A DNA stretch of 64,000 nt, taken from contig NC_134026.1 of assembly GCF_964204645.1 (NCBI RefSeq), positions 29,484,150-29,548,149 of the forward strand. Direction: 5' to 3'. Origin of the DNA: Tubulanus polymorphus. Lineage: Eukaryota; Animalia; Nemertea. Numbering within the stretch: the stretch's first letter is position 1; every line of letters begins with the position of its first letter. Shown here piece after piece: positions 1 to 13,827 of this stretch. The position numbers and the translations under genes were made by a program. The notes below the pieces were generated by a model that saw only the letters and a list, made by a program, of their open reading frames with translations, was not told the origin of the DNA and did not search any database.

Positions 1-16
1 TTGACAGTCGAGGCTA
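1..16. repeat. Right arm of a hairpin-element family member, cut by the window edge
   Basis: TTGACAGTCGAGGCTA follows the same pattern as the right arm TTGACGGGTGAAGATG at 41710-41725. Confidence 0.4.
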
Positions 17-45
17 CTGCGGGGAACATGCGTCGTGTGAGGAAC

Positions 46-96
46 CATCCTCGCTTGCCAGGGGTCCGGTATCGCTCCCGAACTCGCTTCCACCAG
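46..96 (+). repeat. 51-bp dispersed direct repeat, copy 1 (left arm of hairpin element)
   Basis: CATCCTCGCTTGCCAGGGGTCCGGTATCGCTCCCGAACTCGCTTCCACCAG; 1-2 mismatches to the copies at 27380 and 41298. Confidence 0.9.
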
Positions 97-1040
97 CGGC
101 AACAACTATATACTGGACTGTAGCGCTTGAATAGATTTATCTTTTCTGAAAGTTAGGGACATGCCGAAAATCTGATCGTAATAAACGGTTTTCGTCCTAA
201 ACACAATCGTATTAATGGGGTTCAACTGTCGTCTCGTTTCATTTAATTCACTTCCAGAGAAAAAAGAATCCATGTACAATAGACTTGACTAACTCGAATC
301 AATAAAGACAAGGTGATAATTGTCACCTGCAGATAAAAGAATTTCAATGCAATAGTTCAATGTCTTTATGTCCGAGTTGATGTAAGCTTGGAAAATCATT
401 ACTCCAAGATAAAAGTGACTGGACTTGAAATGATTCTAGTTAAGAGAGTCCACCGTACATTATATAAAGAAATAATAACACATATAATTTGTAGAGAACA
501 ACTGACCATTAATGATACTGATGTTAAAACAACTAGTGGTTAGTAGTTCAAATGGTATTCATAAACAATAGTTCAACAGATAATCAAACACCATAAAATC
601 AATGTATTCATCAATATAATAATCAAACAAGTCAAGAGCAAACTGAGTATCTTGAGTTAAGAGTTTAACATCGTCACAATGAGATGCAACACAAAAACAA
701 TCATTTAAAAAAAATAAATGTATTTACAAAAACAAACGCAGTCACAAGTACATAATCTCCGCATATACAGTGCATTCATTCATCACTGTAACAAAACTCT
801 AAACCAAAGTTTGACATCCTCAATTATCATTTACAAAATAATTTAACCAGCACAACAAAAACAAGAGAAGCCCTTTGAAATGTATGCATATAAAACGCTA
901 AGTCGCAGCACATCAGTAATTAATAACCCACAATCAGATTCAACAACAAACCAGCCAATCAAACCATCAGTTCATATTTATTTTCCAATAGATGTACAAT
1001 GTGTATTTACATTCAACCTATCCCTGAAGCCATCAGCCTC

Positions 1041-1345
1041 AGAGAAATTGGTCGGTACCTCTTGAACTACGATAACTCGCGGTAACAAATACTGAAAGTC
1101 CCGTATTGACGGAGAAATTTGTCGGCATCTCAGGAACTACAATAACTCGAGGTAACAATCACTGAAAGCCCCGATTTGACGGAGAAATTGGTCGGCATCT
1201 CTGGAACTGCGCTAACTCGTGGTAACAATCACTGAAAGTCCCGTATTGACGGAGAAATTGGTCGGCATCTCTGGAACTACGATAACTCGCGGTAACAAAC
1301 ACTGAAAGTCCCGATTTGACGGAGAAATTGGTCGGCATCTCTGAT
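1041..1345. repeat. 70-bp tandem repeat, about 4.3 copies
   Basis: (G/A)GAGAAATT(G/T)G...GTCGG(C/T)A recurs at 1041, 1111, 1181, 1251, 1321. Confidence 0.9.
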
Positions 1346-1399
1346 CTGATCTTTTCCTGTCGTCTGATATTCTACAGCCAACCACAAGCTCAATACATG

Positions 1400-2700
1400 T
1401 ACTACAATGTGAAAACACAAAATATGAATAATGATATCATTTTTGAGACTTCTTTGAAATAAATTTCAATTATACCTGCTTTTTAGTAGATTCAGACACA
1501 TGTCTCTTAGGTTTTTCATGAGGAAATTGATCTGCATCATCGGTATCGTTTCCATCTTGATATCTGGTATTGTGTGACGATTAACTCAATACTAACTACA
1601 ACAACAATGTACTAAATATAAACTATGATTTTCATTCATAAGACTCTTCATAAAAACAAAATTCATCTAATTTCAATTTTACCTGATTTATAGTCAATTC
1701 AGATTCATGACTCGGACCTTGAGGAATTTGCTCAATTCTTCCAGAACTCTGATATTTTCCTTTCCTCTGGTTTTGCACATCTCTTACTACACAACAACAG
1801 TCCACTGGCTACAACAAAAATACATAAAAGTAACCAGTTTCATTGAGTCGACTGTTCCTGCAAAGAAATTCATAAGTTCAATTTTACCTGATTCATAGTC
1901 AATCTAGTCACATGACATAGAAGAGAAATTGCTCAGAACTTCAGTAACTTTTCGTATCTTCTTGAACTTTCTGTTTGATGTGGAGATGCCCCAGAGTACT
2001 TCGATTTCTGCGTACAAACACTGAAAGAATTCCCGAATTGACGGAGAAATTTGTCAGCATCTCTGATCTGATCTTTTTCTGTCGTCTGATATTTTACGGC
2101 CAACCACAAGCTCAATACTACAATGATAAAACACAAAATATGAATTATGATATCATTTCTGAGACTCTTCTTCAAAATAAATTTCAATTATACCTGATTT
2201 ATAGTCAATTCAGATTCATGACTCGGACCTTGAGGAATTTGCTCAACACTTCCTGAACTGTTTCCTTTGCTCTGGTTTTGAGCGTCTCTAACAACAACAG
2301 TCCACTGGCTACAACAAAAGTACATAAAATAAACATAACCATCTTTAAGTCGACTGTTCCTGCAAAGAAGTTCATATCAAGTACAATTTTACCTGATTTA
2401 TAGTCAATTCAGACTCATGACACCTTAAATATTTCTCAACGACAACTGGAACAATCCTGTTTCCTGTCAGTCGTTTGGTATTTTGTACTAGATGACCAAA
2501 TCAATACACGCTACAAAAGGGAAATATGAAATACACGTAATACTAACTTACCGTCCTAGTTGAGAACATTCTTAGCTATAACGAAATTCATAGCAATTTA
2601 TACTATACCTAATTTCAAGTCTTTACTTAGTGAAATTTCTAGGAACCTCAGAAACTTTCAGTATCATCTTGAACTCTCTGTTTGGGGAGTGGAGATTCCT
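1400..2700. repeat. Diverged 200-300-bp repeat units sharing a conserved anchor motif
   Basis: CAATT(T/A)TACCTGATTTATAGTCAATTCAGATTCATGA-like motif near 1467, 1674, 1880, 2186, 2384 and, degenerate, near 2595; flanks are partly duplicated (1700-1900 vs 2210-2420). Confidence 0.75.
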
Positions 2701-3048
2701 CAGTAGAGTACCTCAGATTTCTACTGACAACAGACACCAATCCAACACTTCTCTTTCTGGTACTTTCATCTTTCTCTTTCCTCTCGTTTTACAAATTGAT
2801 ATTTAATTATTTGACATTTTGATATTTTCACCATCATAAAATTGATATTATGTTTATCTTTACATAATCGTTATTTGAGATTTTACAAGGAATGATACAA
2901 ATAATACATTCCTTAATTTTAAAATCACAGCTGTTTGTAAATTCTTTCCACACACAAAGATGGCATGCTGCATGCTGATCAATTTGCTAACCATGCGCAT
3001 GGACCCGCGGGTCTGCCAGTGCTGTTTAGTGCAACTTATGCATTGGTG

Positions 3049-3203
3049 CAAGTGCATAGCGAGACGTCAAGTGCAGAGTGAGACGCCAAGTGCAAAATGA
3101 GATGTCAAGTGCAGAGTGAGACGCCAAGTGCAAAGTGGGATGTCAAGTGCATAGTGAGACGTCAAGTGTAAATTGGGACGTCAAGTGCAAATTGAGAAGT
3201 CAA
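3049..3203. repeat. 19-bp minisatellite, about 8 copies
   Basis: GAGACG(T/C)CAAGTGCAGAGT units in tandem. Confidence 0.9.
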
Positions 3204-3551
3204 TTGTTTTCACCAGTGTTTACGATGATCGACCATCTTTCTGAAGATCTTTAAAGTAATTTGAATTCTAACAGTTTTTTACACTGTCGGCTCACAGACT
3301 TAGAAACTGGTTTACCTCATCATCAGAGTTTAGACGCCGACAATTTTATCACTCCTTAAGTGGAGTAATATAATCAAGTCACTAACAATTCAGTTTATGT
3401 CAAAATTTAATTGTCAATTCAAGAAGGGAAAGGAGGGGAAGGCAATAAACCTCAATATCACCCCAGCCTTAAGTCACTTACAATTCAGTTTATGTCACAA
3501 TTAACTTGACAATTCAAGAGGGGAAGGGAGGGATCACTAAATCTCAATTTT

Positions 3552-5500
3552 AACACTTAACTTTCATCACTACCATTGATTTAGCAGTAAATCACCAAAA
3601 GTGTTTTGTAACACTAAACTTTCATCAACACCAATTGATTTAGCAGTAATTCACCCTCAGTGTTTTGTAACACTTAAATTTCATCACCACCAATTGATTT
3701 AGCAGTAATTTACCCTCAGTGTTTTGTAACACTTAACTTTCATCAACACCAATTGATTTAGCAGTAATTCACCCTCAGTGTTTTGTAACACTTATCTTTC
3801 ATCACCACCAATTGATTTAGCAGTAATCTACCCACAGTGTTTTGTAACACTTGACTCTTATCACCACCAATTGATTTAGCAGTAATTCACCCTCAGTGTT
3901 TTGTAACACTTAAATTTCATCACCACCAATTGATTTAGCAGTAATTCACCCTCAGTGTTTTGTAACACTTAACTTTCATCACCACCAATTGATTTAGCAG
4001 TAATTCACCCTCAGTGTTTTGTAACACTTAACTTTCATCACCACCATTGATTTAGCAGTAATTCACCCACAGTGTTTTGTAACACTTAACTTTCATCACC
4101 ACCAATTGATTTAGCAGTAATTCACCCTCAGTGTTTTGTAACACTTAACTTTCATCACCACCAATTGATTTAGCAGTAATTCACCCTCAGTGTTTTGTAA
4201 CACTTAACTTTCATCACCACCAATTGATTTAGCAGTAATTCACCCTCAGTGTTTTGTAACACTTGACTCTTATCACCACCAATTGATTTAGCAGTAATTC
4301 ACCAACAGTGTTTTGTAACACTAAACTTTCATCACCACCAATTGATTTAGCAGTAATTCACCCTCAGTGTTTTGTAACACCCAACTTTTATCACCACCAA
4401 TTGATTTAGCAGTAATTCACCCTCAGTGTTTTGTAACACTTAACTTTCATCGCCACCAATTGATTTAGCAGTAATTCACCCACAGTGTTTTGTACCACTT
4501 AACTTTCATCACCACCAATTGATTTAGCAGTAATCTACCCACAGTGTTTTGTAACACCCAACTTTCATCACCACCAATTGATTTAGCAGTAATTCACCCT
4601 CAGTGTTTTGTAACACCCAACTTTCATCACCACCAATTGATTTAGCAGTAATTCACCCACAGTGTTTTGTAACACTTAACTTTCATTGCCACCAATTGAT
4701 TTAGCAGTAATTCACCCTCAGTGTTTTGTAACACTTGACTCTTATCACCACCAATTGATTTAGCAGTAATTCACCAACAGTGTTTTGTAACACTAAACTT
4801 TCATCACCACCAATTGATTTAGCAGTAATTCACCCTCAGTGTTTTGTAACACCCAACTTTTATCACCACCAATTGATTTAGCAGTAATTCACCCTCAGTG
4901 TTTTGTAACACTTAACTTTCATCGCCACCAATTGATTTAGCAGTAATTCACCCACAGTGTTTTGTACCACTTAACTTTCATCACCACCAATTGATTTAGC
5001 AGTAATCTACCCACAGTGTTTTGTAACACCCAACTTTCATCACCACCAATTGATTTAGCAGTAATTCACCCTCAGTGTTTTGTAACACCCAACTTTCATC
5101 ACCACCAATTGTTTTAGCAGTAATTCACCCTCAGTGTTTTGTAACACTTAACTTTCATCGCCACCAATTGATTTAGCAGTAATTCACCCACAGTGTTTTG
5201 TAACACTTAACTTTCATTGCCACCAATTGATTTAGCAGTAATTCACCCACAGTGTTTTGTAACACTTAACTTTCATCACCACCAATTGATTTAGCAGTAA
5301 TTCACCCACAGTGTTTTGTAACACTTAACTTTCATCACCATCAATTGATTTAGCCTTAATTCATCCAGAGTGTTTTGTAACACTTTACTTTCATCACCAC
5401 CAATTGATTTAGCAGTAATTTATCCAGAGTGTTTTGTAACACTTAACTTTCATCAACACCAATTGATTTAGCAGTAATTCACCCTCAGTGTTTTGTAACA
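3552..5500. repeat. 59-bp satellite array, about 33 copies
   Basis: Unit AACACTTAACTTTCATCACCACCAATTGATTTAGCAGTAATTCACCCTCAGTGTTTTGT. Confidence 0.97.
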
Positions 5501-5599
5501 TAATGTGTAATTTAATAATGTAATTATGTAATAATTCATGATGTAATAATGTTTAATGTAATAATCTTTATTTTAATAATGTTTAATGTAATAATTCAA

Positions 5600-6445
5600 G
5601 AAGTCCAGGGAAGGAGGTAAGAATTAACACCCAGCAGCAAGTAGCAGTATTAAAGGAGTCCATCAGTGTTGTAACACACTGACAATTCAATTGATTTGTC
5701 ACGTTTCTACATGACAGTTGAAGAAGGAAGGAGGAGACTCCTGCACTCAATATCATCCCAAAACAGAGTGTTTTAATTAACACCCAGCAGCAAGCAGCAG
5801 TATTAAAGGAGGTCATCAGTCTTGTACCACACTGACATTCCATTTGTTTGTCACGTTTCTACATGACAGTTGAAGAAGGAAGGAGAAGACTCCTGCACTC
5901 AATATCACCCCAATACAGAGCCAGCAGCAAGCAGCAGTATTTAAGGAGGATGATTCATGGTGTTATAATGTTTAAATCAATAATTTTTATTGTAATAATG
6001 TTTAATGTAATAATTCAAGAAGTTAAGGGAAGGAGGTAAGAATTAGCACGCTGCACCAAGCAGCAGTAATAAAGGAGACCATCAGTGTTGTACCACACTG
6101 TCCATTTAGTTTGTTTGTCACGTTTCTACATGACAGTTGAAGAAGGAAGGAGGAGACTCCTGCACTCGATATCACCCCAAAACAGAGTGTATTAATTAAC
6201 ACCCAGCAGCAAGCAGCAGTATTAAAGGAGTCCATCAGTGTTGTAACACACTGACAATTCAGTTTGTTTGTCACGTTTCTACATGACAGTTGAAACAGGA
6301 AGAAGGAGACTCCTGCACTCGATATCACCCCAAAACAGTGTATTAATTAACACCCAGCAGCAAGCAGCAGTAGTTAATTAAGGAGGTCATCAGTGTTGTA
6401 ACAAACTGACAATTCAGTTTGTTTGTCACGTTTCTACATGACAGT
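5600..6445. repeat. 153-bp satellite, left block
   Basis: Unit AATTAACACCCAGCAGCAAGCAGCAGTATTAAAGGAG...GGAGACTCCTGCACTCAATATCACCCCAAAACAGAG, with variants carrying a TAATGTTTAATGTAATAA insert. Confidence 0.93.
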
Positions 6446-6544
6446 TAACAACTTTCAGTTGCAAGGAACCAAAATGAAGCTATCAAACAATAGCATATTT
6501 GAGTATAACACTTTTAAAATCAATAATGTGATAATAATTTGCTG

Positions 6545-7945
6545 ATACAATATATACAATGAACCAACACCAGCGACATTTCAATGATTCAACCACCACA
6601 AAGCTATCGATGGATAGCTGTTTTGAATATTTATATACTTTAAACGTTAAGTCGTAATGAGGACGATCAGGAAACAAAATCAATCCCAATTCACTGACAT
6701 ATATTACATTATATACACAAAACCAACACCAGCGATATTTCAATAATTCAACCACCACAAAGCTATCGATGGATAGCTGTTTTGAATATTTATACATTTA
6801 AAACGTAAAGTCGCAATAAGGACGATCAGGAAACATAATCAATCCCAATTCACCGACATATATTACAATATATACAATGTACCAACACCAGCGACATTTC
6901 AAAGATTCAACCACCACAAAGCTATCGATGGATAGCCATTTTGAATATTCATACATTTTAAACGTAAATTCGCAATAAGGACGATCAGGAAACATAATCA
7001 GTCCCAATTCACTGACATATATTACAATATATACACAGAACCAACACCAGCGACATTTCAAAGATTCAACCACCACAAAGCTATCGATGGATAGCTGTTT
7101 TGAATATTTATACATTTAAAACGTAAAGTCGCAATAAGGACGATCAGGAAACATAATCAATCCCAATTCACCGACATATATTACAATATATACACAGTAC
7201 CAACACCAGCGACATTTCAAAGATTCAACCACCACAAAGCTATCGATGGATAGCTGTTTTGAATATCTATACATTTAAAACGCAAAGTCGCAATAAGGAT
7301 GATCAGGAAACATAATCAATCCCAATTCACCGACATATATTACAATATATACACAGAACCAACACCAGCGACATTTCAAAGATTCAACCACCACAAAGCT
7401 ATCGATGGATAGCTGTTTTGAATATTTATACATTTAAAACGTAAAGTCGCAATAAGGACGATCAGGAAACATAATCAATCCCAATTCACCGACATATATT
7501 ACAATATATACACAGTACCAACACCAGCGACATTTCAAAGATTCAACCACCACAAAGCTATCGATGGATAGCTGTTTTGAATATCTATACATTTAAAACG
7601 CAAAGTCGCAATAAGGACGATCAGGAAACATAATCAATCCCAATTCACCGACATATATTACAATATATACACAGAACCAACACCAGCGACATTTCAAAGA
7701 TTCAACCACCACAAAGCTATCGATGGATAGCTGTTTTGAATATTTATACATTTAAAACGTAAAGTCGCAATAAGGACGATCAGGAAACATAATCAATCCC
7801 AATTCACTGACATATATTACAATATATACAAAGTACCGACACCAGCGACATTTCAATGATTTAACCACCACAAAGCTATCGATGGATAGCTGTTTTGAAT
7901 ATTTATACATTTAAAACGTAAAGTCGCAATAAGGACGACCAGGAA
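6545..7945. repeat. 159-bp satellite, about 9 copies, interrupting the 153-bp array
   Basis: ACCAACACCAGCGACATTTC...AAAGCTATCGATGGATAGCT... recurs every 159 bp (6722, 6881, 7040, 7199...). Confidence 0.95.
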
Positions 7946-7959
7946 ACAAAACTCGCCAA

Positions 7960-10745
7960 AACTCAATATCACTCCATAACAGAGTGTATTAATTAACACC
8001 CAGCAGCAAGCAGCAGTATTAAAGGAGGTCATCAGTGTTGTAACACACTGACAATTCAGTTTGTTTGTCACATTCCTACATGACAGTTGAAGAAGGAAGG
8101 AGGAGACTCCTGCACTCAATATCACCCCAAAACAGAGCCAGCAGCAAGCAGCAGTATTTAAGGAGGATGATTCATGATGTTATAATGTTTAATATAATAA
8201 TTCTTATTGTAATAATGTTTAATGTAATAATTCAAGAAGTTCATGGAAGGTGGCAAGAATTTACACCCAGCAGCAAGCAGCAGTATTAAAGGAGTCCATC
8301 AGTGTTGTAACACACTGACAATTCAGTTTGTCACGTTTCTACATGACAGTTGAAACAGGAAGGAGGAGACTCCTGCACTCGATATCACCCCAAAACAGAG
8401 TGTATTAATTAACACCCAGCAGCAAGCAGCAGTATTAAAGGAGTCCATCAGTGTTGTAACACACTGACAATTCAGTTTGTTTGTCACGTTTCTACATGAC
8501 AGTTGAAACAGGAAGGAGGAGACTCCTGCACTCAATATCACCCCAAAACAGAGTGTATCAATTAACACGCAGCAGCAAGCAGCAGTATTAAAGGAGGTCA
8601 TCAGTGTTGTAACACACTGACAATTCAGTTTGTTTGTCACGTTTCTACATGACAGTTGAAGCAGGAAGGAGGAGACTCCTGATCTCAATATCACCCCAAA
8701 ACAGAGCCAGCAGCAAGCAGCAGTATTTAAGGAAGATGATTCATGATGTTATAATGTTTAATGTAATAATTCTTATTGTAATAATGTTTAATGTAATAAT
8801 TCAAGAAGTTCATGGAAGGTGGTAAAAATTAACACCCAGCAGCAAGCAGCAGTATTAAAGGAGGTCATCAGTGTTGTAACACACTGACAATTCAGTTTGC
8901 CACGTTTCTACATGACAGTTGAAGCAGGAAGGAGGAGACTCCTGCACTCAATATCACCCCAAAACAGAGTGTATCAATTAACACGCAGCAGCAAGCAGCA
9001 GTATTAAAGGAGGTCATCAGTGTTGTAACACACTGACAATTCAGTTTGTTTGTCACGTTTCTACATGACAGTTGAAGCAGGAAGGAGGAGACTCCTGCAC
9101 TCAATATCACCCCAAAACAGAGTGTATCAATTAACACGCAGCAGCAAGCAGCAGTATTAAAGGAGGTCATCAGTGTTGTAACACACTGACAATTCAGTTT
9201 GTTTGTCACGTTTCTACATGACAGTTGAAGCAGGAAGGAGGAGACTCCTGCACTCAATATCACCCCAAAACAGAGTGTATCAATTAACACGCAGCAGCAA
9301 GCAGCAGTATTAAAGGAGGTCATCAGTGTTGTAACACACTGACAATTCAGTTTGTTTGTCACGTTTCTACATGACAGTTGAAGCAGGAAGGAGGAGACTC
9401 CTGCACTCAATATCACCCCAAAACAGAGCCAGCAGCAAGCAGCAGTATTTAAGGAAGATGATTCATGATGTTATAATGTTTAATGTAATAATTCTTATTG
9501 TAATAATGTTTAATGTAATAATTCAAGAAGTTCATGGAAGGTGGTAAAAATTAACACCCAGCAGCAAGCAGCAGTATTAAAGGAGGTCATCAGTGTTGTA
9601 ACACACTGACAATTCAGTTTGTTTGTCACGTTTCTACATGACAGTTGAAGCAGGAAGGAGGAGACTCCTGCACTCGATATCACCCCAAAACAGAGTGTAT
9701 TAATTAACACCCAGCAGCAAGCAGCAGTATTAAAGGAGTCCATCAGTGTTGTAACACACTGACAATTCAGTTTGTTTGTCACGTTTCTACATGACAGTTG
9801 AAACAGGAAGGAGGAGACTCCTGCACTCAATATCACCCCAAAACAGAGTGTATCAATTAACACGCAGCAGCAAGCAGCAGTATTAAAGGAGGTCATCAGT
9901 GTTGTAACACACTGACAATTCAGTTTGTTTGTCACGTTTCTACATGACAGTTGAAGCAGGAAGGAGGAGACTCCTGATCTCAATATCACCCCAAAACAGA
10001 GCCAGCAGCAAGCAGCAGTATTTAAGGAAGATGATTCATGATGTTATAATGTTTAATGTAATAATTCTTATTGTAATTATGTTTAATGTAATAATTCAAG
10101 AAGTTCATGGAAGGTGGTAAAAATTAACACCCAGCAGCAAGCAGCAGTATTAAAGGAGGTCATCAGTATTGTAACACACTGAAAATTCAGTTTGTTTGTC
10201 ACGTTTCTACATGACAGTTGAAGAAGGAAGGAGGAGACTCCTGCACTCAATATCACTCCAAAACAGAGCCAGCAGCAAGCAGCAGTATTTAAGGAGGATG
10301 ATTCATGATGTTATAATGTTTAATGTAATAATTTTTATTGTAATAATGTTTAATGTAATAATTCAAGAAGTTCATGGAAGGAGGTAAGAATTAACACGCA
10401 CCAGCAGCAAGCAGCAGTATTAAAGGAGGTCATCAGTGTTGTAACAAACTGACAATTCAGTTTGTTTGTCACGTTTCTACATGACAGTTGAAGAAGGAAG
10501 GAGGAGACTCCTGCGCTCAATATCACCCCTTAACAGAGTGTATCAATTAACATCCAGCAGCAAGCAGCAGTATTAAAGGAGGTCATCAGTGTTGTAACAC
10601 ACTGACAATTCAGTTTGTTTGTCACGTTTCTACATGACAGTTGAAGAAGGAAGGAGGAGACTCCTGCGCTCAATATCACCCCTAAACAGAGTGTATCAAT
10701 TAACATCCAGCAGCAAGCAGCAGTATTGTAGGAGGTCATCAGTGA
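7960..10745. repeat. 153-bp satellite, right block, with longer variant units
   Basis: Same unit as 5600-6445; period 153 (e.g. 8981 to 9134). Confidence 0.95.
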
Positions 10746-11200
10746 TGATTTAGCACTCATTCACCCACAGTGTTTTGTAACACTTAACTTTCATCACCAC
10801 CATTGATTTAGCAGTAATTCACCCACAGTGTTTTGTAACACTTAACTTTCATCACCACTAATTGATTTAGCAGTAATTTCACCCACAGTGTTTTGTAACA
10901 CTTAACTTTCATCAACACCAATTGATTTAGCAGTAATTCACCCTCAGTGTTTGGTAACACTTAACTTTCATCACCGCCAATTGATTTAGCAGTAATTCAC
11001 CCTCAGTGTTTTGTAACACTTAACTTTCATCACCACCAATTGATTTAGCAGTAATTCACCCTCAGTGTTTTGTAACACTTAACTTTCATCACCACCAAAT
11101 GATTTAGCAGTAATTCACCCTCTGTGTTTGGTAACACTTATCTTTCATCACCAAATGATTGCGTAGTAATTAACCCAATTTCAGTGTTTTTGAACACTAA
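10746..11200. repeat. 59-bp satellite, second block, about 7 copies
   Basis: Same unit and orientation as 3552-5500. Confidence 0.95.
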
Positions 11201-12649
11201 ACGAGGAATTTCAATCAATCCTATTCTGGAAACCACAGCAAAAGAACTACATCAACTCATTCAATATCACCCCTAAACAGAGTGCAATGATTAAACATGG
11301 AGAAGGAACTTGCGAGTTTTTTAGATGTTCATAATGTGTAATCTAATAACGTAATAATGTAATAATGTTTAATGTAATAATTCAAGAAGGTAAGGGACAG
11401 AAATACAACTCTCATTATCACCCCTAAGACAGAGGGTAATAATCATCACGCAGTCAGCAATGAGCAGTATTTGAATAAAGCGGCAATAAATGTTGTAAGT
11501 CACTGAAAATTCAGTAAATGTCATTTCTTTTTGACATTTGAAGAAGGCAAGAGGAGATATTGATTTAGCAATAATTTACCCACTTACGATGTTTTTAACA
11601 CTTAATTTTCATCACTATCAACTCATTCAACAGTAATTTACCAACTTTCAGTGTTTTAAACACTTCCCTTTTATCATAGTTTGAAATGCGCCGCAACCAA
11701 TGAGCAATTTCAAACTTTTCTATTGAGGAAACCACAGCAAAAAACTAAAGGTATTCAAACAATGAGTGTCTATTTAATTGTTGATGAGAGAGGAGAGAGG
11801 AGAGGAGGCATGTACACCTAACACAACGTTTTAAACTCAATATCACAACCAAAACAGAGTTGAATGATAGCAAGCATCAGCAACATGTAGTTTTCAAAGA
11901 AGGAGGTAATCAGTATTGTAAGTCACATCTATTTGACAATTTAAGAAGGCAAGGGAAGGAGAAGAGACTCCAAAACTCAATATCACCCCTTAAACAGAGT
12001 GGAATGAGCAACATGCAGTAGCAAACAACAGTATTTGCCATAGTAGCAAACAACAATATTTGCCGTTTTTAAAGGAGAAGAAAGGAGTATCTTCTTTAGT
12101 TGATACTCGTTTGATGTCATAACAAGGCCATTACCTGGAGTTATAGAGAACAAAAGCAGAAGCCATGCCACCACAAGATTTTAATTGTCTATGATTTTGA
12201 TATTGTATATAAAAATGACATGACTTATCACCTCGTAGCAGAGGAAGGAGGTAGAACAAACCACAAGATCAGTACATCTATCAACGTTTCATTACATGTA
12301 TCATTGTTTCAAGACACCCACTTTCAGTGTTTTGTAGCGCTTAACTTTTATCACCACCAATTGATTTAGCAGTAATTTACACACTTTCATTGTATCTGAA
12401 CACTCATTTCGCTACTATCAATTGATTCAGCAGTCAACTGTGTCTTACTTATTTCGTGATGAGAGAGGAGAGAGAGGAGTCTTGCAGGAAATGTAGCGAT
12501 ACACCTATCTAAGACGTCTTTTGCTGGAGGAGACAAAACTGTATTTCAATCGAAACCCCAAGATGTCTGGCAAAGGCTTCAAACATTTTGATAACTGTTC
12601 ACATAGAGCCAATGATAAAACCAGCATTTATCATCATCAAACCAAAGCT

Positions 12650-13460
12650 GCAAACTGCAAACCAGTGAGAGGAAGTATGCACAATCAATGAGATGATTGT
12701 TCATAGCTGAAACCAATGAAGTACCAACCAGTGAGGGGAAGTATGCACAATCAATGAGATGATTGTTCATAGCTGCAACCAATGGAGTGAACTGCAACCA
12801 GTGAGGGGAAAGTAAGCACAATCAATGAGATGATTGTTCATAGCTGCAACCAATGAAGTACCAACCAGTGAGGGGAAGTATGCACAATCAATGAGATGAT
12901 TGTTCATAGCTGCAACCAATGGAGTGAACTGCAACCAGTGAGGGGAAAGTAAGCACAATCAATGAGATGATTGTTCATAGCTGCAACCAATGAAGTAACA
13001 ACCAGTGAGGGGAAGTATGCACAATCAATGAGATGATTGTTCATAGCTGCAACCAATGAAGTAACAACCAGTGAGGGGAAGTATGCACAATTAATGAGAT
13101 GATTGTTCATAGCTGCAACCAATGGAGTGAACTGCAACCAGTGAGGAGAAAGTATGCACAATCAGTGAGATGATTGTTCACAGCTGAAACCAATCAAGTG
13201 AACAGCGACCAGTGAGGGGAAATTATATTACAAACCAGTGCACAATCAATGGGATGATTGTTCATAGCTGCAATCAATGAAGTGAAATGCAACCAGTGAG
13301 GGGGAAGTATGCACAGTCAATGAGATCATTGTTCATAGCTGCAACCAATGGAGTACCAAGCAGTGAGGGGAAGTATATGCACAGTCAATGAGATGATTGT
13401 TCATAGCTGCAACCAATGAAGTGAAATGCAACCAGTGAGGGGAAAGTACACTCAATCACA
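12650..13460. repeat. About 66/71-bp tandem repeat with a 137-bp dimeric period
   Basis: ACCAGTGAGGGGAAGTATGCACAATCAATGAGATGATTGTTCATAGCTGCAACCAATG units, about 12 copies. Confidence 0.92.
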
Positions 13461-13827
13461 AACAAGTGATGGTTAAATACACTTGTGAGCTAACAGATCA
13501 GAGATCACAGGAAGCATCGTCGCTCCAATCCTTGTTTCTTAACATATGATATAAAATGCTCTTCAGCCTGTGACAAAATTTCTTTGATGTAAAACGCTTA
13601 TTACTATATGCTTAATCTAGAATCTTCTTTCAAATATTAATTCAAAAGGAGGAGGGACTTATCTAATGTAATGGTACGAATCAATGCTACGAATGTATGT
13701 GAAAAGTGAAAAGTAATAGTTTGAAACCAAGATTGAATGCATTCATTGTGTTTTATTGAATAAAGTGAGATCTGATGAAAATTACGTATAGGCCTATTAA
13801 AATTGGCTCTAAAAAAGTAAATAAAAC

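Noticed and set aside
3552-5500. Regular array resembling CRISPR
   Set aside because: Units are contiguous near-identical 59-mers with no unique spacers, there are no cas genes, and the context is eukaryotic.
5583-13161. Many 60-170-aa ORFs in the ORF track
   Set aside because: They are translations of the 153-, 159- and 66/71-bp satellite units on both strands, with no splice or start context.
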